Shown: one piece after another, positions 39,741-50,247 of the stretch
Position numbering within the stretch: the stretch's first letter is position 1
Layout of the letters: each line of letters begins with the position of its first letter
From: an uncultured Clostridia bacterium
GTDB taxonomy: Bacteria; Bacillota; Clostridia; Oscillospirales; Ruminococcaceae
Direction: 5' to 3'
Length of the DNA: 64,000 nucleotides
Assembly: GCA_947166275.1 (NCBI GenBank)
Contig: CAMVDP010000005.1
Span: 842 to 64,841 of the forward strand
The notes under the pieces: generated by a model
Databases searched by the model: none
The model's input: only the letters and a program-made list of their open reading frames with translations
What the model was told of the DNA's origin: nothing
Translations under genes and position numbers: made by a program

Positions 39741-40595
39741 TCACGCATGAACATGCTCTCCGCGGGTGATTATCGCCTTTACAGACTCCTCCGGAGTGAA
39801 CTTGTATCCGAGCGAGATAGCGTAATGGTTATAGAACCCGTGGAAGTCAGAACCGCCCGTAGGCAGGAGCCCGTACTGCTGACACAGATCAAGAAGCTGC
39901 TCTTCCTCTGTTTCATCAGCACTTTCATGGTAGACCTCGATACCCTCTATCTTGCCCTGTGAAGCGAGCTCCTCGATAAGCTCGAAGCTGTTGTATACCT
40001 TCGGATGAGCTATGACAGCCGTACCGCCTGCGGAGTGGATAAGCTCAAGCGCGAACCGCACATCAGGGTTGTGCTCAGTCTCCATGCGCACCTGCTCAGC
40101 GCACAGTCCGTCTTCCGCGTTGAACAGCTTGTTGTACACATCACCGTACAGTTCAGTGGTATAGCCGTAGTCCATAAGCGCGTGCATTATGTGGCATTTG
40201 TAGATAGTCTTACCGCCTGCCGCATAGCGCAGTATGTTCTCGAAAGCTATGGGGTACTGTTCAATGACCTTGAGCGCCATTTCCTTACCGCGCTTTTTTC
40301 GTGCCTCACTTGTACGCAGACAAAGACCCTCAAGTCTGTCGGGCTTCTTTGGCATATAGCAAAGTATGTGGACTTTTCTGCCTCTTGTTCCGTCCACTGC
40401 CGAGATCTCGACTGCGGGCAGGACTCTGATGCCGTATCGCTGACCAAGTATCACGGCTCTCGATGTCGACGCAAGATTGTCATGGTCGGTTATCGAAAGA
40501 ACATCGATATTGTTGCGCTTTGCCTGGGCGATGACCTCCTCGATACCGAGCGAACCGTCCGATAATGTAGTGTGGCAATGTAAATCTGCTCTCAT
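39741..40595 (-). CDS. PHP-domain phosphoesterase
   Basis: DLHCHT..SDG, ITDHD, AHP, GGSDFHG. Confidence 0.92.
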   Translation of the reverse strand: MRADLHCHTTLSDGSLGIEEVIAQAKRNNIDVLSITDHDNLASTSRAVILGQRYGIRVLPAVEISAVDGTRGRKVHILCYMPKKPDRLEGLCLRTSEARKKRGKEMALKVIEQYPIAFENILRYAAGGKTIYKCHIMHALMDYGYTTELYGDVYNKLFNAEDGLCAEQVRMETEHNPDVRFALELIHSAGGTAVIAHPKVYNSFELIEELASQGKIEGIEVYHESADETEEEQLLDLCQQYGLLPTGGSDFHGFYNHYAISLGYKFTPEESVKAIITRGEHVHA

Positions 40596-40698
40596 GGTAT
40601 ACTCTCCTGTTTCAACTTCTTCTTTCACGCCGCCCCGCGATGCAGATCGGAGACAGTAACGGCGATACGTTATATCAGCGTTGTGAGACGCTACTACC

Positions 40699-41562
40699 TT
40701 ATTTTATGACCTTACCCTTGGTCTTGACCTTTACGGAGCTGTCAGCTCTGCGGGTCTTCTGCTCCTTCGGGATCTCCGTGGGAGCCTCTTTTCCGCCCAT
40801 ATCCACGAACACGGTCTCTTCCTCATTCGTCTCATAGCGGGTATATTCCGGGTTTTTCTCCCCGCGTGCCGCGTAAAACGGGTCAATGATGAATTTCTGT
40901 ATCACAGGATATGCACAGAATGTCGCGGTGTAGTTCATCCACGCAAATGGTATGAACGGCAATGTGAGCACCGAATACGGAAAGCTCAGGAACATCAGCA
41001 CTATTATCGCGAACCATACAAAGAATGCGGCGAAGCTTCTCTTGAACCCGACTACCATAAGTATGAACGAGTTCTTGAATATCTGCGGGAGCTTAAGATC
41101 GAGAGCGACTACCTGCGGGTAGATGTAGAAGTGCATCATCACCACGAAAAATCCCATAGCTACCGAGAGCGCGAGTATGATCTTCGTTGATGTTTCCGAC
41201 GCATTCTCAAGCGCCGCAGTATAGAAATTCAAATTGTACACAAGAATAAATATCAGGAACAGGTCTATCAATCCGACGATGAACGCCTGTTTGAAGTTCT
41301 TTTTGAACGCCTCAAGGAATTCATGGAATACGAATATGGGCTCACCTATCACGAACTTTCGCATAAGCTGTGTCATAGCCGCAGTAGCGGGTCCGAACGT
41401 AACTATAGGTATGCAGAACAGCACATATATCAGATTTATCTGAAAGAACTTCCAGAACTTCGCTCCGAATATTTCCCAGTAAAGGAAGAACGCCTTCTTT
41501 TTTGGAGCGCCTTTCTCTACGCCGCTTCCCGTTTTTCTGTAATTATATATCCCGAATGCCAT
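40699..41562 (-). CDS. YesL/DUF624 membrane protein
   Basis: IPIVTFGPATAA, FKKNFKQA. Confidence 0.85.
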   Translation of the reverse strand: MAFGIYNYRKTGSGVEKGAPKKKAFFLYWEIFGAKFWKFFQINLIYVLFCIPIVTFGPATAAMTQLMRKFVIGEPIFVFHEFLEAFKKNFKQAFIVGLIDLFLIFILVYNLNFYTAALENASETSTKIILALSVAMGFFVVMMHFYIYPQVVALDLKLPQIFKNSFILMVVGFKRSFAAFFVWFAIIVLMFLSFPYSVLTLPFIPFAWMNYTATFCAYPVIQKFIIDPFYAARGEKNPEYTRYETNEEETVFVDMGGKEAPTEIPKEQKTRRADSSVKVKTKGKVIK

Positions 41563-41704
41563 AAAATTCCCTTCGTAAGTGCGGTTTCCCGCAAAAATAA
41601 TATACCAATCATATTATACTACATTTCTTTCTTTTTTGCAAGCACTTTTTTAAATTATTTAAACATATGCTTTCAGCTGTATTCTTTGCCTGTCTGCTGC
41701 AAAC

Positions 41705-41733
41705 TTGACAATTCATCCATTTTGTGATATAGT
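41705..41733 (+). promoter_or_regulatory. Sigma-A promoter of uvrC
   Basis: TTGACA-N17-TATAGT with TG. Confidence 0.7.
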
Positions 41734-41776
41734 GTATATGTATAGGTATGTGCAAGTTAAAAGCGTGGTGTAGAAA

Positions 41777-43600
41777 ATGTTTGAACGTCTCGAATATTTA
41801 AGAGAAAAATCGAACAAGCTCCCCATGCGCCCCGGCGTTTATCAGATGAAGGACAAGACGGGAAAGATAATCTACATCGGCAAGGCGAAGCTGCTCAAAA
41901 ACCGAGTGACATCGTACTTTCACGCCATTGAAAATCACAACGCCAAGACCTACAAGCTCGTATCGGTGATACATGACTTCGATTTCATCGTGTGCGACAC
42001 CGAGCTGGACGCACTTGTGCTTGAAGCGAGCCTTATCAAGCTGCATACCCCTAAATACAATATCCTGCTGAAGGACGATAAGGGCTTCAGCTATTTCCGC
42101 GTTACCGGCGGAGACTACCCACGCATACGTCACGCGTTCAGAAACGATGACCCCGCGTCAACATACATCGGACCGTACATGAGCGCATTCACGGTAAAGC
42201 AGGCTGTCGAGGAGTGCGAACGCATCTTCATGCTCCCCACCTGCAATAAAGAGTTCCCACGCGATTTCGGGAAGGACAGACCTTGCCTCAACTACCATAT
42301 CAAGCGCTGCATGGGAGTGTGCCGGGGCTGCATATCCAAAGAAGAATACGCCGATATCATAGCCCAGGCGCTGGATTACATCAAAAACGGAAGCAAGCAG
42401 AGCGTCGAACTGCTCACAAAAGAAATGAACGATGCCGCGGAAGCTCTCGAATTCGAGAAGGCTGCCAAACTTCGCGACCGCATCGCGGCTATCGAACGCG
42501 CCGCCAAGGTGCAGTCTATACGCTCGGAACGTGACATCAGCTGCGACGTGTTCGCATTATCCAATAATTCCGGTATGACCGCGGCAGCAGTTGTAAAATA
42601 CCGCGGCGGACAGCTTATAGACAAGGAAAATGTGTTCATCGGCGACGAGGGCGACAATGCCTCTATCCTCGCTGAATTCATGATGCGCTACTATGAGAAC
42701 GGGCGCGAGATACCGAAGCTTATCCTCGCAAATACAGATACCGAGGACAATGAGCTGCTTGAAGAGTACTTCGGCGGGCTTGCGGGACACAAGGTCTCGA
42801 TAACCGTGCCGAAGCGCGGCGAAAATCTGGTACTGACCACCCTCGCAAAGAGCAACGCGGATGAGTACCTCGCTCTGCGGGTAGGAAGGACGAGCCGTGA
42901 GATAACGGCACTTCAGGATCTTCAGAAGCTTCTGGGACTCGCAAAAGTTCCGGTGCTGATAGAGAGTTACGATATATCCAACATGGGTGAACAGACCCGC
43001 GTGGCCGGCATGATAACCTACAAGAACGGGAGACCGTACAAAGCGGGCTACCGCAAATTCAATATCAAGGATGTGGTAGGCATCGACGACTACGCCTGTA
43101 TGCAGGAGGTACTCGAACGGCGCTTCAGGCGGCTGCTCGACGGCGATGAAGGTTTCGCCGAAAAGCCTGACCTTATCCTGCTTGACGGCGGTCAGGGGCA
43201 TGTGGCGGCAGTGCGCGAGGTCTTCGACCGTATGGGTATAGATGTTCCCCTTTTCGGACTGGTCAAGGACGACAAGCACCGCACCCGCGCGATAGCCGCG
43301 GACGGCGGCGAGATACAGGTGAATTCCAACAAAAACCTGTTTAAGCTGCTGACAGAGATACAGGACGAGGTGCACCGCTACTCGATAAACTACCAGCGTA
43401 AAAAGCACAAAATGACACAGTACGAGCTTGACCTCACAAAAGTCGAAGGCATCGGAGAAAAGAAGGCGCTCGCGCTGCTCAAAGAGTTCAAAACAAAGCA
43501 AGGCATAAAAGCTGCTACAACAGAGCAGCTCATGGCATGTGCTAAAATAAACAGAGAAACAGCGGAACGCCTGTACCTGTTCGTTCAGGACGCGTTCTGA
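41777..43600 (+). CDS. uvrC: Excinuclease ABC subunit C
   Basis: PGVY…YIGKAK GIY-YIG, FEKAAKLRD, LDGG.G, QDEVHR. Confidence 0.97.
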   Translation: MFERLEYLREKSNKLPMRPGVYQMKDKTGKIIYIGKAKLLKNRVTSYFHAIENHNAKTYKLVSVIHDFDFIVCDTELDALVLEASLIKLHTPKYNILLKDDKGFSYFRVTGGDYPRIRHAFRNDDPASTYIGPYMSAFTVKQAVEECERIFMLPTCNKEFPRDFGKDRPCLNYHIKRCMGVCRGCISKEEYADIIAQALDYIKNGSKQSVELLTKEMNDAAEALEFEKAAKLRDRIAAIERAAKVQSIRSERDISCDVFALSNNSGMTAAAVVKYRGGQLIDKENVFIGDEGDNASILAEFMMRYYENGREIPKLILANTDTEDNELLEEYFGGLAGHKVSITVPKRGENLVLTTLAKSNADEYLALRVGRTSREITALQDLQKLLGLAKVPVLIESYDISNMGEQTRVAGMITYKNGRPYKAGYRKFNIKDVVGIDDYACMQEVLERRFRRLLDGDEGFAEKPDLILLDGGQGHVAAVREVFDRMGIDVPLFGLVKDDKHRTRAIAADGGEIQVNSNKNLFKLLTEIQDEVHRYSINYQRKKHKMTQYELDLTKVEGIGEKKALALLKEFKTKQGIKAATTEQLMACAKINRETAERLYLFVQDAF

Positions 43601-43619
43601 GCCATAGGAAGGATAAGCT

Positions 43620-44192
43620 ATGAGAGTTATTACGGGAAAAGCGAGGGGTATGAAGCTGATCTCCCTCGAAGGCACCGATGTGATCCGCCCTACCGCCGAC
43701 GCGGTGAAAGAGTCAATGTTCAGCATCGTGCAGTTTGACATCGAAGATGCGGTGGTACTCGATCTGTTCGCGGGCTCCGGTCAGCTCGGTATAGAAGCTC
43801 TGTCACGCGGAGCTCGCAAAGCGTACTTCGTTGACAGCTCGAAAGCATCGATCGACGTAGTCAGACAAAATCTTGAGCATACAAAGCTAACTGACAGTGC
43901 AGTGGTGATAAATATGCCGAACTCCGCATTTTTACGCACCGCGAAGGAAAAGATAGATATAGCGTTCCTCGACCCGCCCTACGGTAAGGACCTGATAAAC
44001 CGCTCTCTGCCGGCGCTCACGGCTATCATGAACCCCGGCGGCATCATCGTGTGCGAACACGAGGCGGATTGCAGGCTCCCGCAGACTGTAGGTGATTTCG
44101 GGATCTCGAGAACTTATAAATACGGAAAGATCGCCCTCACGGTGTATCGTGACGATACCGGAGAAGAGAGCGAGGAAACGGAGATAACATGA
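43620..44192 (+). CDS. rsmD: 16S rRNA m2G966 methyltransferase
   Basis: MRVITG, LDLFAGSG, DPPY. Confidence 0.95.
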   Translation: MRVITGKARGMKLISLEGTDVIRPTADAVKESMFSIVQFDIEDAVVLDLFAGSGQLGIEALSRGARKAYFVDSSKASIDVVRQNLEHTKLTDSAVVINMPNSAFLRTAKEKIDIAFLDPPYGKDLINRSLPALTAIMNPGGIIVCEHEADCRLPQTVGDFGISRTYKYGKIALTVYRDDTGEESEETEIT

Positions 44193-44692
44193 AAAAAGCC
44201 ATATATCCGGGAAGCTTCGACCCCGTCACCAACGGACATTTAGAGATCATCAAGCGCGCTTCCGGGCTGTTCGACCAGCTCGTGGTGCTGATATCGGTAA
44301 ACCCGTCCAAGACTTCAAGCTTTACCGCTGACGAGCGTGCAGATCTGCTTCGCAGAGTATGCTATGACATTCCCAACGTGAAGATAGACAGCTGCAGCGG
44401 GCTTATAGTGGACTACTTCAGAGAGAATGACTGCGATATCATAGTCAAGGGACTTCGCGCTATGTCGGATTTCGAAAACGAGTTCCAGATGGCGCACGTG
44501 AACAAGCATCTCTGCCCCCGTGCCGAGACAGTGTTCCTCTGCGCGGACAGCCAGAGCACATATCTGTCATCAAGCATGGTGAAGCAGATAGCTACCTTCG
44601 GCGGTGACATATCGCCTTTCGTACCCGAGACAATAAAAAAAGATATTATGGACAGACTTGATACAACAGGCAAAACAGGAGGACAACTATGA
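44189..44692 (+). CDS. coaD: Phosphopantetheine adenylyltransferase
   Basis: YPGSFDPVTNGH, KGLRA..DF, SSS. Confidence 0.97.
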   Translation: MKKAIYPGSFDPVTNGHLEIIKRASGLFDQLVVLISVNPSKTSSFTADERADLLRRVCYDIPNVKIDSCSGLIVDYFRENDCDIIVKGLRAMSDFENEFQMAHVNKHLCPRAETVFLCADSQSTYLSSSMVKQIATFGGDISPFVPETIKKDIMDRLDTTGKTGGQL

Positions 44693-45141
44693 GTATCGAT
44701 GAAATTTTAGAGCTGATGGACGATATGCTCGACAAAGCGGTCAATGTACCATTCTCAAACAAGAAATCACTGATAGACGTTGAAAAGATGCGTGAACTCG
44801 TTGACGAGATCAGACTCAATATGCCGCGGGAAATAAAGCTTGCGCATGACCTTGTGAACGAGCGCCGCACAGTGATGAACAACGCGAAGAATGAAGCAGC
44901 GGCTATAGTACAGCGTGCCGAACAGCGCGCCGCAGCCCTCGTATCGCAGCAGGAGATAGTCCGCCAGGCTACACAGAAAGCTAACGAGATCAACGCCGCG
45001 GCACAGGAGCAGACAAAGGAACTCCGCGACATGACGAATAAGTATGTGGACAATATGCTGACGAAGGTCGAGGAGCTGCTTTCCAACGATATCATCGATG
45101 TCAAGAAAGCACGAAGCGCGCTGAAAAACACAATAAGATAA
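44689..45141 (+). CDS. Conserved coiled-coil protein following coaD
   Basis: 150 aa helical, ATGA-coupled. Confidence 0.8.
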   Translation: MSIDEILELMDDMLDKAVNVPFSNKKSLIDVEKMRELVDEIRLNMPREIKLAHDLVNERRTVMNNAKNEAAAIVQRAEQRAAALVSQQEIVRQATQKANEINAAAQEQTKELRDMTNKYVDNMLTKVEELLSNDIIDVKKARSALKNTIR

Positions 45142-45142
45142 C

Positions 45143-45172
45143 AAAAAAGGGAGCCTCACGGCTCCCTTATTT
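45143..45172. terminator. Bidirectional terminator
   Basis: aagggagcc-tcac-ggctccctt between converging genes. Confidence 0.75.
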
Positions 45173-45180
45173 ATTATCCG

Positions 45181-47196
45181 TTATTTGAGCATTTCGAGCA
45201 GAGCTGCGAAATCATCGCTGTAGCCGATGGTTGCAAGCTCCTTCTCCGTGAGCTTTTCAAATCTCTTCTTTGCGTTCTCTATGGATACGCTGCCGTAGCT
45301 CTCCTCGTTGCGAAGCGCCATTGCAGTCTCTGCAACGCAGGAAGCAAATCTGAATCTTATACCTGTCTTCGAGTATTTGAGGTACGCGCTCGCCTTGATC
45401 TTGACGCCGACCTTGGTGGACTTCTTCGCACCGGGCTCCTTGTACGCTATGCGCAACGAGCAGATGTCAGTCTTGTTGCCGTTGGAGGTCTGGTATGTGA
45501 GCGAGCTGCTGCTTCCGGACTTTGCGGGGATTATCTCGTACATTACGGTAATGCTCTGTCCCGCGCCCATGTCAGCCGCGTCCTTCTTGTCATTGTCGAA
45601 GTCTTCATTGTTGAGCTTGCGTCCGTCGTAGCCTATGAGCTTGTAGCTGTCAACAAGTGTCGGGTTGAACTCTACCTGGATCTTCACATCATCAGCTATA
45701 GTAACGAGGGTCTTCTTGCGCTCGTCAACAAGCACCTTTGTAGCTTCAGCTGCACAGTCAATGTAATGATAGTTGCCGTTGCCGTCCTTCGCGAGAGCTT
45801 CCATTTTGTCATCCTTGAGGTTGCCGGTGCCGAAGCCGAGTATCGTGAGATAAACGCCCGAGTCACGCTTCTCCGCGATGAACATTGAAAGCTTGTCCTT
45901 GTCGCTTATACCTACATTGAGGTCACCGTCAGTCGCCATGATGACACGGTTGCTGCCGTCCTTGATATAGTTCTGCTTCGCGATATCGTAAGCCATGTTG
46001 ATGCCTGCCTCACCATTGGTACAGCCGTCCGCTTCAAGACTGTCCGCAAGGTCGGATATGCAGTTCACCATGTTGCCGTACGCACCGGAAACGAGCACCT
46101 GCTCATGACCTGAATAAGTCACTATGGATATGCGGTCATTCTTTGTCATCTCACGGGAGAGCTTCTTGAGGGCTTCCTTGACCAGCGGGAGCTTATCCTT
46201 GGAATACATAGAACCGCTCACATCGATAAGGAATACGAGGTTGGAATTGGGCTCCTTTTCAAGCTCTTTAGCCTGAATACCCATAAACAGGAGCTTCGCT
46301 TCATCGTTCCACGGGCAGTCAGTGTACTCGTAGTGAACGTTGAACTTGCTCTTGGAAGGCTTCTTGTAGTTGTAGTCGAAGTAGTTGAGCATTTCCTCTA
46401 TGCGCACTGCGTCAGCTGGGATATTGTACCCGTCATTCGCAAGTCTGCGCACGTTCGCGTAGGAAGCAGTATCTACATCAGCGGAGAAAGTCGAAAGCGG
46501 AGTCTGCGATGCCTTCTTGAAGCCGTCGATATCATAATGCGAGTAATCCTCATTATCGAGTTCAGGAAGGCTATCTTCTTTATAAACCGAGTCCACTGCG
46601 CCACCATCGTAGTCACCCTCGTCATAGTATCCGTCATCGTCAACAGCATCAGTATCGTAGGTAGCACCCGCCACGCTGTTCACTGAAGCTTCCTCGACCT
46701 CGTAATCATCGTACCACCATCCGCTATCTTCGGGAACGACCTCGATCTTATCGGAACGCTTGCTCATGACACGCTTGTCATTGTAATTATACGTCACCGC
46801 ACGTATGTAATAAGTGCCGCCGTCTCCAACTTCGACACGATTGTCGGCAGTCTTGGCAAACAGCTTGTACGACTTGCCTTCGAGTTTATAAACATAGTAT
46901 AAGAGCGCGTCCTTGACCGGAGACCAGACGATCTCTGTCCCATACCAGCTGCCTGATGTCTTTAGATTAGTTGGCTTCGCAGCAACGAACGCTTTGTATC
47001 TTGCGGACGTAGTGCTTGTGGTCATAGGAGTGGTGTAGCTGTTCTGTGTCTTCTGCGGAGTCTCGTTGCCTGCACCGAAGATCAGATCGTTCAGAGCATT
47101 GAGTATCGAAACATTCTCCGCATAGCTCACAGAAGTGAGCATAGATGCTGCCGCTGTAAATGCTGCTATTGCGGAAATAAGTCTTCTTCTTTTCAT
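45181..47196 (-). CDS. Secreted YfbK-type VWA domain protein
   Basis: Signal peptide, STFSADVDTASY, DVSGSM MIDAS, ATDGD. Confidence 0.92.
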   Translation of the reverse strand: MKRRRLISAIAAFTAAASMLTSVSYAENVSILNALNDLIFGAGNETPQKTQNSYTTPMTTSTTSARYKAFVAAKPTNLKTSGSWYGTEIVWSPVKDALLYYVYKLEGKSYKLFAKTADNRVEVGDGGTYYIRAVTYNYNDKRVMSKRSDKIEVVPEDSGWWYDDYEVEEASVNSVAGATYDTDAVDDDGYYDEGDYDGGAVDSVYKEDSLPELDNEDYSHYDIDGFKKASQTPLSTFSADVDTASYANVRRLANDGYNIPADAVRIEEMLNYFDYNYKKPSKSKFNVHYEYTDCPWNDEAKLLFMGIQAKELEKEPNSNLVFLIDVSGSMYSKDKLPLVKEALKKLSREMTKNDRISIVTYSGHEQVLVSGAYGNMVNCISDLADSLEADGCTNGEAGINMAYDIAKQNYIKDGSNRVIMATDGDLNVGISDKDKLSMFIAEKRDSGVYLTILGFGTGNLKDDKMEALAKDGNGNYHYIDCAAEATKVLVDERKKTLVTIADDVKIQVEFNPTLVDSYKLIGYDGRKLNNEDFDNDKKDAADMGAGQSITVMYEIIPAKSGSSSSLTYQTSNGNKTDICSLRIAYKEPGAKKSTKVGVKIKASAYLKYSKTGIRFRFASCVAETAMALRNEESYGSVSIENAKKRFEKLTEKELATIGYSDDFAALLEMLK

Positions 47197-47402
47197 GATA
47201 TTGACCTCCCTGATTGTTTTCTTTAAGACCGGTGTTTTTGGCCTTCTGTATTATAAAACTCCGCAGACTGCCAAAAGGTGACAGAAAATACGGCGTTTTT
47301 TTCAGATTTTATCAGAATTTGTAGCATGTGACAGTTTTGCGAAATTTATAGCCTCTGCTTTGTGCATTTTGCTAATTTTTGCATTGTTTTCCTTTTCCCG
47401 GC

Positions 47403-47430
47403 TAAATTTTTCCGGTCGGACTGACGATAT
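47403..47430 (+). promoter_or_regulatory. Sigma-28 (SigD/FliA) promoter
   Basis: TAAA-N16-GACGATAT. Confidence 0.65.
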
Positions 47431-47486
47431 AATATAAAAGACATGGTACTATGTCTGAAAACACCTTTATTTCAGAGGGATAAAAA

Positions 47487-48230
47487 ATGAGAATGTACAG
47501 CGTTCACCGCTCGTCGGTAAGCAAATTCATGAGCGGCAGATCTGCAAGCTTAAGACGAAGCTCGTCAAGCTATAACAGCTACAAGCTCGGCGGAAATACT
47601 ACATTTCAGCAGTATCTGCAGGAAGCAAAACGACTGACAAGCGACATTGAGGAGTCCGAAAACACCGCTCCTGCCGAAAATGAGTCCGCCAAAAAAACAA
47701 CGACTCTTTCTAAATACGCACGTACCCAGGAAAGCACTTACAGCAAAAACTCATCAAGCAAATTCAACACCGGCACAGATATCATGAGCGAATCGTCGGA
47801 CGAGCTCACAAAGCTTCTCGCCAAGGAGTCTCCCGATATGGAGAAGGCTTACAGCGAAGCGGCTAAATTCATCGAGGGCTACAACGAAATGACAGCCTCG
47901 GTCAGAAGCTCGTCCAACGGCTCTGTAGCGCGCAAATCCGACTTTATCAACAGCATCACGAAGGTATATGCCCGTTCGCTGGAAAAAGTCGGAGTCAAGG
48001 CTGACACCAAAGGCGTGCTCACCATTGACAAAGAGAAGTTCATGAACGCGTCGATGAAGGATATCGGGAACATCTTTTCAAGCAAAGGCTCGTTCGCGTC
48101 TCATATCGCAGAACAGACCGACAGCATAAAGAAGCTCTCGCAGTTCAGCGCTTCCACCTATTCCGACAGCTCCTCAAGGTTGTCTTACACATCGTCCATG
48201 AGCGGCTCAAAGTTCAACTGGAAGCTTTGA
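47487..48230 (+). CDS. Ser-rich protein resembling the FliD C-terminal region
   Basis: FIEGYN, LEKVGV…GVLTIDKEKF; sigma-28 promoter. Confidence 0.6.
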   Translation: MRMYSVHRSSVSKFMSGRSASLRRSSSSYNSYKLGGNTTFQQYLQEAKRLTSDIEESENTAPAENESAKKTTTLSKYARTQESTYSKNSSSKFNTGTDIMSESSDELTKLLAKESPDMEKAYSEAAKFIEGYNEMTASVRSSSNGSVARKSDFINSITKVYARSLEKVGVKADTKGVLTIDKEKFMNASMKDIGNIFSSKGSFASHIAEQTDSIKKLSQFSASTYSDSSSRLSYTSSMSGSKFNWKL

Positions 48231-48243
48231 CACAATTATTTAC

Positions 48244-48279
48244 AAAAGCGGCAGATACAGAGTGTGTCTGCCGTTTTTT
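48244..48279. terminator. Bidirectional terminator
   Basis: cggcagatac/gtgtctgccg with A/T tails. Confidence 0.7.
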
Positions 48280-48487
48280 ATGCCTGTCCGGTGACCTTGT
48301 AATCAAGCGCCTCGACAGCATTTTTCAGCGTATCGAACGACGTATCCGCGTTAAGCGTCACTACCGCTTCTCCGCGCTCGTGGCTCACCTGCGCTCCGCT
48401 TACCGTCGGCAGCGCTTCAAGCGCCTTCTTCACCGCAGCCTCGCAGTGCGGGCACATCATGCCTTCTATCTTCAATGTTATATCCAT
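48278..48487 (-). CDS. HMA/CopZ-like metal chaperone
   Basis: GMMCPHC. Confidence 0.9.
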   Translation of the reverse strand: MDITLKIEGMMCPHCEAAVKKALEALPTVSGAQVSHERGEAVVTLNADTSFDTLKNAVEALDYKVTGQA

Positions 48488-48489
48488 TC

Positions 48490-49161
48490 TTATTTTCCTC
48501 TTTTATACTTCTGCCGCACCTTCGCGACTATCATCATTATCAGAGCCACCGCGCACACAAAGCCGATCATTATTAACCGATCCGCCATAGTCGTCTGCGC
48601 ATTGATATTTCCCATATCATTGACTTCCCATTTATTACCCGACATATTGCGTGCGACGATATCGCTCGAAGCGATGTACATCGACTTGATGTACGCTGTG
48701 TCGTTCTTCGCGCTCACCGTCAATGTCGCGCGCTTTATGTTATCGGTCAGCCCCGCATACATAGCGTCGGTACCGATGCTCCAGCGGTGAAAGGCTCCGT
48801 CGGCCGGGATAAAAATGAGCGGATCCGCATGCAGTACAACAACGACATCACCGTTTTCATCGAAAAATGTCAGCTTCACGGTACACACGCAGTTTATGCC
48901 GTTGTCGGTGACTCCGTTTGCGGGACTGCGATAGCCGCCCGCCGTGACATATACATATATCCCGTCGTGAACGGGTATATCGGCAGAAATGCTGTCAGAG
49001 CGGGTGAAGTGATATATCCCCTGCTCCGGCATATATTCGAGAGCTTCGAACTGCTTCGCGGTCTCTGGGGTAAGCTCGAACGACGCTTCCTGCGCCGATG
49101 ACACTATACCGAGCACAAACGCGCAAAGTACAACGCACACAGCCGCAAAAAACCGTTTCAC
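48490..49161 (-). CDS. Hypothetical secreted protein with C-terminal TM anchor
   Basis: Signal peptide; TM plus basic tail; overlaps smpB stop. Confidence 0.7.
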   Translation of the reverse strand: MKRFFAAVCVVLCAFVLGIVSSAQEASFELTPETAKQFEALEYMPEQGIYHFTRSDSISADIPVHDGIYVYVTAGGYRSPANGVTDNGINCVCTVKLTFFDENGDVVVVLHADPLIFIPADGAFHRWSIGTDAMYAGLTDNIKRATLTVSAKNDTAYIKSMYIASSDIVARNMSGNKWEVNDMGNINAQTTMADRLIMIGFVCAVALIMMIVAKVRQKYKRGK

Positions 49162-49619
49162 CTGTTCTGCTCCTTCATTGTGCGGTCAATGGTGCGCTTC
49201 GCATCGCGCTCTGCCATTGAAGCACGCTTATCATAGAGCTTCTTTCCCTTGCATAAGCCTACCTGCATCTTTACGCGGCTGCCCTTGAAGTACAGCGACA
49301 CTGGTATCAGGGTGAGCCCGTTCTGCTTCACCTGACCAAAAAGCCGCATTATCTCGCGCTTGTGCATGAGCAGCCGACGTTCGCGCAGCGGGTCGCGGTT
49401 GAATATGTTACCCTTCTCATAGGGGGAGATGTGCATCTGCTTGACATAAGCTTCTCCGCCGGAGATCTCTATCCACGAATCGCGCAGGTTCACTCCGCCG
49501 GCGCGTATGGACTTGACCTCGGTGCCGGTGAGCTCGATGCCCGCCTCAATGCTTTCGAGAATGAAGTATTCATGCCGCACCGAACGGTTGTCGGCAATGG
49601 TTTTTATGCTTTCGGACAT
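49158..49619 (-). CDS. smpB: SsrA-binding protein
   Basis: [24 protein letters not shown]. Confidence 0.97.
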   Translation of the reverse strand: MSESIKTIADNRSVRHEYFILESIEAGIELTGTEVKSIRAGGVNLRDSWIEISGGEAYVKQMHISPYEKGNIFNRDPLRERRLLMHKREIMRLFGQVKQNGLTLIPVSLYFKGSRVKMQVGLCKGKKLYDKRASMAERDAKRTIDRTMKEQNR

Positions 49620-49630
49620 ACTTTATCACC

Positions 49631-50074
49631 TCAACCGAGCCACTGTGTGAACGCGGTCAGACCTTCCTTGTTATAGCCGAGTCTCTCGTAGAACTTATGT
49701 GTGGACTGGAGCCTCGATGATGTGGAAAGAGTGATCTTGAAGCAGCCCGCATCCTCGGCGATCTTTTTTGCCTCCTGAAGACACGCGGTAGCAAGACCCT
49801 GGGCGCGGAAATCTCCATGCGTCACTATGTTGTCTATTATAGCGTACGGACGATGCTCAAAGGTAAGATTGCGGACGATGACCACCACACAGGTGGATAC
49901 TATCTTATCATCCTCCTCCGCAACTATGATATGGTAGAACGGGTCGGCAAGCATTTGCTTCCATGTTGTCATGGTGCCGGAATCCTTCTTCAGCACAGTC
50001 TTTCCGTACAATACGGAATAAAGGTGCAGCAGATCGTCAAGATCGCCCGTTTCTGCTTCTCTTATCCTTATCAT
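49631..50074 (-). CDS. GNAT acetyltransferase
   Basis: V…FRAQGLA, FYERLGY. Confidence 0.9.
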   Translation of the reverse strand: MIRIREAETGDLDDLLHLYSVLYGKTVLKKDSGTMTTWKQMLADPFYHIIVAEEDDKIVSTCVVVIVRNLTFEHRPYAIIDNIVTHGDFRAQGLATACLQEAKKIAEDAGCFKITLSTSSRLQSTHKFYERLGYNKEGLTAFTQWLG

Positions 50075-50247
50075 ATCATCACATCCTCATAAGTATTTGT
50101 TTTTCATTTCTCCGCACATCTGCTGCACGGGTATATATTTACGATAAAACAGTTGATATCCTGTATATTATATCATATTTTCAGTATTATTTCAATACTA
50201 TTCTCCGATTTTCCGCGGCTTTTTATGTATATTTTACACGATAAAAG

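Noticed and set aside
41660-41675. LexA box before uvrC
   Set aside because: AAAC-N4-GCTT deviates too far from GAAC-N4-GTTC.
42557-43741. 394-aa antisense ORF
   Set aside because: Shadow of uvrC; no recognisable motifs.
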